DNA of 64,000 bases, from assembly GCF_009914755.1 (NCBI RefSeq), contig NC_060942.1; one strand, 5' to 3'. Both the position numbers and the translations under genes were made by a program. Numbering within the stretch: position 1 is the stretch's first letter; each line of letters starts with the position of its first letter. Positions 38,946-51,760 of this stretch are shown here, piece after piece. Under the pieces are notes generated by a model. It was given only the letters and a program-made list of their open reading frames with translations. It was not told where the DNA came from and searched no databases. The stretch comes from the human T2T-CHM13v2.0 reference genome, Homo sapiens.

Positions 38946-40501
38946 ACAGTCTGCCTCTACCCTTCCCTGGGAGGAGTGGACATGGGGAAGCTGCCTTGGT
39001 TCTTTGAAGGACCCTGTCAAGAAGGAAGGCTTTAGATGTGACCTTCCAGTCACACGTAGCCGGTGTGGCCTGGGAAGTGTCAGATTTCTTACTCCCTGCT
39101 GCAGACCTTCAGCACTGAAAATATTACTCATTGAAATACAACTTCATTCACCCTGAAAGATAACAGCAGGTAATCGTCTGCCATTATCATCATAAATATT
39201 AGGGCTGTTCTTCACACAGACCAAGGAGTAATGTCATAGCTCGCATTTGCAGCCCCTGAAGAGGAGAAAGATTTCAATCCACAGCGTGCTCAGTATAGAG
39301 CCCGGTGCTGATCTTCCCTGGGGCCCCGGCTCTGAATGTTCTACCAGTTTTCTAATCATGTCAGGGTGGAAACCTCAGAAGCTAACGATCTCTGGCATCT
39401 TTCCTTTTAAATCCACTGATTTCTCTTCATTGAGCTCTGGACAGCCAGTGGTAACCATGGAGAAAGGCAGGGAGGATAAAGTATCTCAGAGGTGAAAACC
39501 AGGAAATAAGGAAGGTTCGTTCCCATAATAGTTACTGGGAATCCAAATTTTATCTGACAAGAAACATTCTTTACAGACTCCGGAAATACCTGTGGGTGGT
39601 AACCTCATTAAATGTTAGGACGCATCTCTGGAAAGAGATGAAGAGTTGCTGTTTTATTCGCAAACTCAGCCTTTCGTAGATTTTTCAGCATTTTGAACAA
39701 AAAACTCCACAAGAATATACAAAAGTGGGATATTATTGAAGTCGTAACTTCATTTGCTGCCTGAAAAAACTCTACAAATAATAATTAAACTTTAACAATT
39801 TTGTCAACATTTTTTAAGGGGTACCCTTCTCTTTGCTGGGTACTGTGTCTGCTTGAAAAACAAAATCTTGATGGATGTTGATATTTATATGTTTAATAGA
39901 TTAAAGTAAATTGTTCTATTTGTTTGTGCTATACAATTCTGCAATATCATCTTACATATTACTTCTTTTTATCCTGGAAAATGTGATACTGAAGATACTC
40001 CACAAACAGACAAAATAAGATAAATTTCGTAGAGTTGAGGGTCAAACTTTTTTAGTTTAATATCAAATTTATATTTTTTAGAGGGTTCCACAGTATTTGC
40101 ATTTTGAATTCAATAAAAACTACATTTCTACTTCATGTGGATTTTCTCATTAGAAATAGTAGATTCACACCTGTAGCTCTGATTTATTTTAAATGTCATT
40201 ATCTGTTTTCTTTTTCCTCACTGTGTTTGGTAACTTTAAAAATTTTTTGATCTCATAGTTTTAGTATTAGATGCTATTAATTAATTACATTTCATTAAAA
40301 ATGTTCATACATTTTATCTTCAAACCATAAGGGGTTAGTAGAGAAACATCTGAACTCTGTGTTGTTATGTTTGTTTTCTGTAAGAGGAGCAGGAACTGCG
40401 TCATGTCAACCTACATTGCTTTGAAACTACAAGTCACACCATAAAGCTACCTATTTTAATCTTTGTGCATGAAATATTTGTTTAAATTATTTATGGGATG
40501 A

Positions 40502-40848
<347 letters not shown>

Positions 40849-40979
40849 GGAGTGGTCATTTTTGAAAAGGTCCTAAGCTTACTGATTTTTTTTTCCTAAA
40901 ATCATCTGGTTTGTTAAAAATTATTTCTTTAGAAGCTTAAAAAAATAACACAAAATAAAGCACTGTCCTTGTTCTGCAG

Positions 40980-41053
40980 GTGATCGGTGTCTTTGGTGAG
41001 TCTGTTAAAGGCTATGGGGAGGTGACAAGGCGGGGTCGCCGGCAGCATGTCAG
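40980..41053 (+). CDS. TIMM21: TIMM21 coding exon 4 (74 nt; VIGVFGESVKGYGEVTRRGRRQHV)
   Basis: Acceptor ccttgttctgcag|, donor CAG|gtactg; Tim21-family KGYGE..R..R pattern. Confidence 0.96.
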
Positions 41054-41136
41054 GTACTGTGGCTTGAATTCAGAGGAGGCTCTGGGGAGATTTTTAAATG
41101 AAAGGAACTTAGACTGATCTTTCGTTTTCTCGACAG

Positions 41137-41242
41137 GTTCACTGAATATGTAAAAGATGGGCTGAAACACACGTGTGTGAAATTCTACATTGAGGGCTCT
41201 GAGCCAGGGAAGCAAGGAACGGTGTATGCGCAAGTGAAAGAG
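41137..41242 (+). CDS. TIMM21: TIMM21 coding exon 5 (106 nt; FTEYVKDGLKHTCVKFYIEGSEPGKQGTVYAQVKE)
   Basis: Acceptor ttttctcgacag|, donor GAG|gtgtgg; frame continuous. Confidence 0.95.
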
Positions 41243-41341
41243 GTGTGGGAATCATGGGATGTGGGGTCAGAGGTTCTGAGCGCGGTGTTATTTAAGTTCT
41301 GGAAAGGAAAATAATACCTGGAAACACTACATTTTTTTCAG

Positions 41342-41446
41342 AACCCAGGAAGTGGTGAATATGATTTTCGATATATATTTGTAGAAATTGAATCTTATCC
41401 TAGAAGAACTATTATCATTGAAGATAATCGATCCCAAGATGATTAA
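41342..41446 (+). CDS. TIMM21: TIMM21 last coding exon (NPGSGEYDFRYIFVEIESYPRRTIIIEDNRSQDD*)
   Basis: Acceptor atttttttcag|, stop TAA at 41444-41446; exon sum 301+63+98+74+106+105 = 747 nt = 248 aa plus stop. Confidence 0.96.
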   Translation, partial: NPGSGEYDFRYIFVEIESYPRRTIIIEDNRSQDD

Positions 41447-41732
41447 AATAGGGTTTCTGATGGATGTTGAATGGCGTGGACTCGCTACTCCGTTCTTCAC
41501 AGCTGCCTTCCAGAATGTGTTCAAAAGAAAGACAAGAAGGAGTGTATGGCTTATAAAGTGAATCTAATACAGTATTTGTTGCATTTAAACAAACTAGACA
41601 TTTTCTTACGGAAAAATTATGAAATACAGCATATTTTATGTTCTCCCATTGACTCAATCATGACAATATTTCTGCTTTAACACCATCTTTCATGATTAGA
41701 AATGTTTGTTATTGGAAATGTTACACCATGTA

Positions 41733-41808
41733 AATAAAGGAAATAGATTTTAGTATTGTATTCATTTTATATTATAGAACTGCATAATGTCTGCAGAATA
41801 AAATTAAA
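41733..41808 (+). terminator. Proximal polyadenylation signals of TIMM21
   Basis: AATAAA at 41733-41738; AATAAA at 41797-41802 followed directly by ATTAAA at 41803-41808; about 290-360 nt after the stop, in an AU-rich 3' UTR. Confidence 0.7.
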
Positions 41809-43002
41809 ACTAACAAATATGTCATTAGCAGCTGCCCTCCGCATACTTTGGAATCTGACTTGAGATAAGCATGTGAAAATGGTTGAGGGCCATAGGGAAC
41901 CAGATGGTAAATACATTCTTCAAAATTGTGTGAGTTTTAGGAATCTGTCTCATATTTCGCGCTTCATGAATTAAGGGCCTAGTACATAGCGGGAAAAGTA
42001 CACACTCCCAAGTTGGGTAGACCTGGGCACCCACCCCACCTTTTCTAGCAGGTGCGTGGTCAAGTGTCCCTGTTGTGTGGGTTGTTAGGATGGCAGTGTG
42101 ATGAGAGGTACAAGCCTGGACCATAGAAGGCAGCCATGAAGTGCCCTCATCCCCTTTAGAACTTACTTGCACTGATACTTCTGACTGCCAAAAGAACATG
42201 GGAGTGAATGAGAGACATTCAAATACGTGTGTGAGGCCCCTTAAAGAAAAAAAAAAAAAAAAAGGAAATTCTATTTTATTTGAAATATTTGCTGGGGATT
42301 TGGAAAAAAGTGACCTTCACTTACAAGATCCTGATTCCATATCTATGTAAGTGCTATGTGCATTGGGAGGGGTCTAGAACCATGTTTATCTGCGGTGGCT
42401 TCAGTGTGAGGTATCCCCTCTGATGTGTTTGTTCCTTCTCCCCGAGAACTGTCTGTAGAGGAATTTCTGATGTGTTCTTGAAATTTTGGGATATTCAGGA
42501 TAGAGAGACCTCCAGGCAATCTATCTCCCCTTTTTACTTTATCTCCCTGCTTAATTTAGTTAGTTTCTTGGTTTGACTGCTTGTTTTAGATGTTTTTAAT
42601 TATAAAAATTTCCAACATTTAAGGAGTATAGAAAATATAACAGACACTCGTCTCCCTGACGTAACACACTTTGACTGAATGAGGCCTTAACTTAGGCTTT
42701 CTCTCCTAATCGTTTTTTCCTTTGCTATAGAATGTTCAGTTTCAGGATTCACTGAAATGTCAACATTTAACAGGCTGAGAAGTTCCACTTGCTATCCTAA
42801 ACTCAAAAAAGCAGCCCTGCTCTTCAAACAACCTGCTCAAACTGTAGCTTGCTGAAGAAGCCCGGCATCTGAGCTCAGGTGGGGATTTAGCCACCCTCCA
42901 TGGCCCTGTCATTTGACTTAAGACTGTTTGCTTTTTCTGTATTCATTTTTATGCACCTGCCATTTTACAATATGCTCATGCCCCTTTAAGATCTGAGCTT
43001 TT

Positions 43003-43304
43003 GGCCAGGCGAGGTGGCTCATGCCTATAATCCCAGCACTTTGGGAGGCTGAGGCAGGTCAATCACTGGAGGTCAGGAGTTCAAGACCAGCCTGGCCAAC
43101 ATGGTGAAACCCTATCTACTAAAAATTCAAAAAAAAAAAAATTAACCAGGCACGTTGACACACTCCTGTAATCTCATCTACTCAGGAGACAGGAGAAGCG
43201 CTTGAACCCAGGAGGCAGAGGTTGCAGTGAGCCAAGATCATGTCACTGCACTCCAGCATGAGTGACGGAGTGTGACTTCGTCTCAAAAAAAAAAAACAAA
43301 AAAC
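43003..43304 (+). mobile_element. AluS-like element on the plus strand, TSD agatctgagctttt
   Basis: ggccaggcgaggtggctcatgcctataatcccagcactttgggagg..poly-A; TSD at 42989-43002 and 43305-43318. Confidence 0.95.
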
Positions 43305-43327
43305 AGATCTGAGCTTTTATAATTAGA

Positions 43328-43333
43328 AATAAA
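43328..43333 (+). terminator. Candidate distal polyadenylation signal for a long TIMM21 3' UTR
   Basis: AATAAA just downstream of the plus-strand Alu; usage cannot be shown from sequence. Confidence 0.35.
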
Positions 43334-44368
43334 ACTAAATTACTTTTTCAAAAGGAAAAACTCTGTACCAATAAGAGATTCTTCTGTATAGCCACAGGAA
43401 AATGTGATGTGTAACTCTCTAGATCTCTGTTTTCATTCCCTCTGATGTACCCTACTAAATGTTAAAATTTCTGTGTTTTAAGACCCTCTTTAATCCACTT
43501 TGATTGTGGTGTCTCTGTCCATGGGCTTACTCCCACTTTTTCTCTGAATTCTAGGGCACTTATCTGACTCTGCCTGGTATCCCCTTCCGTCATATTTGTG
43601 AATTTGCAAATGCTCTGGTCATTTTCCTCCAAGGCCTCTGTCATTCCTCCACACCTGATCAGTGAACTCTTTTCACAACTAACTCTAGAGCAGACTCTCC
43701 TGTCACTGTTTGCTCTTCCTCCTTAATGAAGAAATTATATGCAAGGCAAGAGTTTATCAGAAGTTCTGCTTTTAGCCCCGTGAGATTTCCAGCCTAACTA
43801 CCCTGCAAGCTCCCTTCATAACTATTGTTGATCAATGCTAGTAATACTTTATCCATTTATTTCCATTTGGTAAGCCATTACAATATTACTTCTGTTTCTC
43901 TTATTCTCATCCAGAGACAGTTCCCCAATTCCTAATTCATAGATTTCTACTCAGGGTTACACTTACTATTTATTTTATATAGTACCACTCATGTGTTCCA
44001 TCTGTTAGATTTCATGCAACATATTGATTAAGGGTATGCTATATGTCAGACTAGAGTCGTCTAGTGCCACGGAAAAGCTTGCGGGCGGGGTGTGGAGTGC
44101 AGGGGCCAGGTATATCGTGTGACAGTGTTAAGGTTTTGATCCTGTAGGCCCTGAAGAGCATCACAGGAATCTGAGTGGGAATTAAGCTGCTGTATCTGTA
44201 TTTAGAAGTGGTAGTTGTGTGCAGGATGGCTTGCATTTGGCAGAAGCCAGGTAGAGGTTACCGTAATAGTTGAGATGAGAGAGGATAAAGCTAGAGAGGA
44301 GGTAGTACATTTGAGAAATGTGTGAGGCTGGGGGAAGGACAGGACTTTGTGACCAAGTGCATGTGGGA

Positions 44369-44590
44369 AGTCACGGTGAGGAGTCGAGAATAACTCAGGC
44401 CTCTGACCGTTAAAATCCGGAGTCACACGGGGAGGAGTCGAGAATAACTCAGGGCTCTGACCGTTAAAATCCGGAGTCACACGGGGAGGAGTCGAGAATA
44501 ACTCAGGCCTCTGACTGTGTTAAAATCCGGAGTCACACAGCGGGAGCAGTCGAGAATAACTCAGGCCTCTGATCGACTGTTAAAATCCAG
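44369..44590. repeat. Minisatellite, about 54-bp unit x4 (gagtcgagaataactcaggcctctgaccgttaaaatccggagtcacacggggag), inside an L2-like segment (about 44100-44780)
   Basis: Core gagtcg at 44381, 44435 and 44489, and variant cagtcg at 44547. Confidence 0.95.
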
Positions 44591-45419
44591 GACAGGATGG
44601 GTCATGAGCAGAAAACAGTCAGTTCTACATTGAGCTCAAGGTACATCAGTCAGCCAGGTGAAGGCCTAGAAGCAACAGGTTTCTCAAGTCTGGCGCTCAG
44701 GATGCTGTCTGAACTGGACGAGATTAGGAGTGGCCTGCAGAGAGGAAGCAGCTGGAGCCGAGGGGGCAATGGCATTCCCCGGGAGGAGCATGCTGGCCAG
44801 TTGAGGCAAGCTTGCCGTGTGTTGGGGTCATCTGGCCAGCAACATCTTGCAATCCCCTCTTTCCCTCTAATGGTTAGCAGATTCTGAGGAAAGGATTTTA
44901 TTTTTCTGTTTTGAGTTGTAAATTGGATTTATATTTTTGTTAAAGATGAAGGGAATGGGGAATGTGCAAAAGGAAGGGAGGCCATGGAGGAGAGGTTGGA
45001 AACCCATGGAAGATCAAAGAGAACAGTGGAGTAAGGTCTCGGCAGGTTCGACTCAGAGCAGAGCTGACCAGAGGCAGGAGAGCAGCTCAGGCAGAGGAGT
45101 TTATGGAAAGATGATGCATTGGCAGCTGAGCCCAGCTGGTCAGCCTCCGTGTGTCGTCAGCTGAGTGGCAAGGAAGGGTGGCATTGGGACTTAAAGAGAA
45201 AGATGAAAGCTTGGAAGAAGCCCTGAAGGAGAAGGGAGGAAACTGACTAGGGAACAGTGGCCAGTGTGAGACACCGCAGAAAGCAGGTGATGATGCTGGT
45301 CTGCACAGCTGCGCCGTCCGCTCACACAGGGCTCACAGGTGTAGGAATGGGTGAGGCAGGCTGCTGGACTGATCTGTGGTGAGCCTGCTGGACTACTCTG
45401 AGCTGACCTGTTTCTTTGA

Positions 45420-46810
45420 AGAATGCACACCTTTACGGAAGATGGAGGTAGAGGTACTTCCCCAACCAGGTATCTGCACTTCCTAGAAAGCTCCAGTAAG
45501 TGCAGCAAGGCATTCATGCATCGATAGACAATTAAGGCAGTGGAACAAATGGAACAAAATAGAGACCCCAGAACAGACTTACACATTTGTGGAAACTAGT
45601 TACGTGTCAGAGGTTACATTACAGTGCAATGGAAAGGGTACAGTATTCAACAAATAGTGCTGAGACAGTCGTATATCCATGTGGGAGGAAATGAAATTAA
45701 ATCTCTACCCCACACCACATAAGAGTCAATTCCAGGAAAATTAAAACCCTTACATTTGCAACACTAGACAGGAGAATATCCTTACGACATTTTGGAAAGG
45801 ATTTCTTAAATAAGACACAAGATTAGAAACCATAAAGAAAAAGTTTGATTTTAAAATCAAGAACTTTATCAGAAAAAAAAAAAAATAAGCCACGAATGAG
45901 AAAACTTTAAAGAACACAAAGCTAAGAAAGCATCACTTTTCAGATACACAAAGGACCCCCCAAAAAAGGAGGAAAACGCTGCCCTAACAGGCAAAAGACC
46001 ATTTCAGTAAAGAGGAAAACATGAGGCGAATATACTTCCAAAAATACTTTCAATCTCACTAAAATCAAGAAAATGTAGAATGGGTTACTCGTTTTCATCT
46101 GCCAGATTGTAAGAAACTTTTAATGAATAAAACGGTGAATAGAGCAGAGAGAACTCTCATCCCCTGCTGGTGAGATGTATATTCGTGGAACCACTTGGAT
46201 GCCCAACTTGGCATTATTTAGAAAAGTTGAAACTGCAGATTCTCCATAACACAGAATTTCCTCCCCTGGGTATTCACCGTAGAAAAACTCTTGCCCATGT
46301 CCCTGGAGCCAAGTATAAGATATGTAAGAACAAAAACTGGCAAGTTTTGACAAAAGATTGGGGGGAAAAAAATGTGATACACTATTTCAGTCACCATGGG
46401 ACCGTGCAAGTTGAGGCGAGAGTTCTGACTTGCATGAGTTCCGCAGATGTGCAAAGCAGGAACTGCCTTTGTTTCGACAAGCAAGGGAAAAGGAACTAAC
46501 AGCTGCATTTGCCAGCACCAATGAATCTAACAAACACTTCAAGCAAAAAAGGCGAATTGCAAAATTAAATATGTATTCTGGCAATTTATATAGAGTTCAG
46601 AAACACGGAGCTAAATAAATACTTTTTGGAGATACATACGTATGTGTGAAAACCTTGTAAAGAAATGCAAGGGAAAGGTAAGCCAAGGTTTTAAGAGAAT
46701 GTTGTTTCTGGTGAGGAGGAAGGAGGATGAGATTGAGTTTCCCAGGGGTTCATCTTAGACAAATTCTTACACAGTATGGTGGATTGCTGGGTGTTCATTC
46801 TGTTACTATA
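45420..46810 (+). mobile_element. Old LINE-1 (L1M) ORF2 3' part and 3' UTR remnants
   Basis: aaatggaacaaaatagagacccagaa..cagtattcaacaaatagtgctgagaca..atttcttaaataagacacaa..gaactctcatcccctgctggtgaga. Confidence 0.75.
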
Positions 46811-47493
46811 TACCTTTCACTGCAGGTGGGTGAGTTACCCAGAAGGTCACAAAACTTAAGTTTTGGGGCCCCTCACTTTCGCAGACTCCAAAGCCCAGTA
46901 CTTAATTTTGTGTTGATAATGATTTCCTTTCTTATGGAAGACTCCACAACCTATCTAACCCTTGGGCCCTGAAAACTTGGATCCACACCTGCATACAAGT
47001 TATACCTTATACACACCAAGTATTTCATAAATTTTAGCATGGAAACATTCCACTGCTTGCCCTCCCAGGCTTGTGTTCCAGACCTGAGTGTATCCTTCAG
47101 CCTGCTCTCAGCCTTAGGTTTTATTAACCTTGTTACATGAAATTCTTAAGTCTTCCAAACTCCATGCATTAATATATAGATCTGTGAAAATCCTGCTTTC
47201 TGTTCTTTTTCCCCACTATAGAATCATTACATTTATTTCTTTCACTCATGTTTTTCTTTCTATATCCTAACTTGTCTCTAACCTCACAATTTTGGCTACA
47301 CATTTTTTCCTCCATTCTCCTTAAATTGGTTCTTAGTCCACGTGCTATTCCCATTCCCCCTGCCCTGTCTTTGTCTGGTGCTCACAGCTGCTGTCAGCTA
47401 GGAAATTAGGAGTCATCTCCAAAATCACCGTCTATCCCAAATCGCTCCTCCGTGTCTCTCCTCCTTGCTGCACAGGAGCTGATTGTGTCCTGA

Positions 47494-48053
<560 letters not shown>

Positions 48054-50009
48054 AGAACCTGCTGGGCAGGTTCAGTCTCCATGTGACAAGTCCTGCCGTC
48101 ACCTCAGCTTCCACACACCCAGCCCTGCACTTGCCATCCCCCTATAACCAGCTCCAACTCCCCCAGGTTCTTACTGATTTCCACAGCGTACAGTCACCAT
48201 TGCCATCCACTCCTTCCTTCCCCAGGCTTAAGATCCTAGATTGTTCTTTAAATCCTCTGTATTTTTAAACATGTATTGCCAATTAATCATTGACTCCTAT
48301 GATGATTCTTTCAAAATTTCTGTAATTTCCATCCCTTCCTCTGCCATAATGCTAGTCTAAGTACACTAAATATGCATGACAAAAATTCGCCTCCTTTTAT
48401 GAGACAAAACAGAAAGTGTCCTTTTCATCCTCCTGTCCCCTCTACAGAAAGTGGCCTTCTCTTCCTAGGAATCAGATATCAGATCTGGCACAAAGATTTC
48501 TGTGACCTGGTTCGAGACCATAGTGCCTACCACTGATTGGATGTGAGCCTTGTCTTCTGAGATCCAGCATGCAGGGCTCCTCCATGTTCAGTGTTAGCAT
48601 CCTCAGTCTTTTCCCTTCCAGACCTTCTCAGAAAGATCCAGGCCCTTTTCTACCCTTGAAATGAGGGGTGGAGCTGCAGGCCTGACAGATCTGGAGGAGC
48701 CGGGGGCAGCCAGCCTCTGCCTGCTGGAGGGGAGGACAGGCCCAAGGCCAGACAGAGGTCGCTGGCCCTGAAAGAGCAGAGCAGAGGCCTGAAGGGGTGG
48801 CTGCTACATTGTCACCATTGCCTTCACCCTGGCTGTGGTTAGGAGGGGTGAGCAGCTGCTGGGACACAGGGGATGCTGACAGAGAGACAGACAAAAAGGA
48901 ACTGACAAGGTGAGCCTGCCGCACAAGGAGCAGCTCCTGTCTTTCTGCCACTGCCTAGAGAAGTGTGAGTGTTGCCATGAGATCGGGGTGCCAAGCTAGA
49001 CCCAAAGCAGAAACAGGCAGTGCTCACCTCGGCTCCAGCTATGAGATCAACAAGCTTAAGAATAAAGTCATGGGCAGCGGGGCTGGAGGCCGCCCGAGCC
49101 CCTGCAATTCATCCCTGTTACAGCAAGGTTACCTTTCCACACTCCCCGCCCAGGATCTTTTGAAAGATTGTTTTTTCATCTTATTAGAAACTGCACAAAA
49201 GAACCATGAGCCAAGTGGAATAGTTGTCTTCGCACTTACAACTTATTTCTCTACTCAGTAATAATTAATACAGTATAAGCTCATTTTAAACAAATCTCAT
49301 AATTTGTTATCAAATTAACAAGTACTGATTGAGCAGGTACCTGGAGAACCGCAGCACTCAATGCTGCCTGCACGAGGAAGCAGCTGGCACTCTTCCGTTG
49401 AAGCCCTACGGTTGAAATGAACTTTCTAGTTAAACATGAGATAAGGAGTTTCTCTCGGTTTTATTTATTTATTTAACAAACTCCCATGTAACCCTCACAA
49501 CATGCCATTGTTCCAAGCACCACACAAATATCAGCTGGTTTCACATTCCTGACAACTAGCTACTGCCAGCAGTTCAGCTGTACCTACGAAGTAACTGATG
49601 CACAGGCTGGTCACAGAGCCAGGAAGCAGGGAAGCTGGGTTGCACCTAAGCAGAATGTCACTGTCACTGTGCAGTGGCACCTGGGATGCTTTGTTTCCCG
49701 GAATGCCTTTTGTTCAGAACGTGACTAGGGAGAGTGAATGGTAATGACTCTCCCTAAGGTGAGATGAGGAAGAAGAGCAAAGCAGGCTGAAAGCTGAGGG
49801 ACAGTGATGCTGAGGGCTGAAGAGAGGAAGAGGAGCCTGCACAGGAGAGGAGGGACAAGTGGATGACAGGGATGGACAGGTGAGATGCACAGATAATAGA
49901 CAGCTGGATGGATGGACAGGCCAGAAAGGAAGAAGGAAGAAACAAAGACAGAACCATGGAAAGAAGAGAGGGGAAAGCTAAGGGTAGCAGAGGCTGATGC
50001 CTCCTGTTA

Positions 50010-50400
50010 CAGACTGAACTATGTCTCCCTCTGGCCTCCAAAACCCCTGTGATGAAACCTCCCAACCCCAGCACCTCTGAATGTAGCTGAATTTGAGGAT
50101 AGGGCTTTTAAAGGGGTGATTAAGTTATAATGAGGGTGGAGGGCCCTCATCCAATTTGATTTGTCCTTATAATGAAAGGAAATCTGGGCACACAGAGACA
50201 CCAGGGAGGCATTTGCACAGAGGAAGTAGCATGTGAGGACACTGCAAGAAGGTGGACATCTGCAAGCCGAGGAGAGATCTCAGGAGAAACCCACCCTGCT
50301 GACACCTTGATCTTGGACTTTCAGCATCCAGGACTGTGGGAAAATAAACGTCTGTTGTTTAATCCCCCAAGCCAGTGGTATTCTGTTATGGCAGCTAACT
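50010..50400. mobile_element. MaLR LTR (MLT1-like)
   Basis: gatagggcttttaaaggggtgattaagttataatgagg..gggccctcatccaatttga..gacaccttgatcttggactttcagcatccaggactgtgggaaaataaa. Confidence 0.88.
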
Positions 50401-50479
50401 TTAAGAAGTTGTAAGTGATTGTAGCAGCGTGACTTCCAGCCGTGCATTGTAAGAAACCCTGTGGCGTCGCATCCTGCCC

Positions 50480-51760
<1,281 letters not shown>

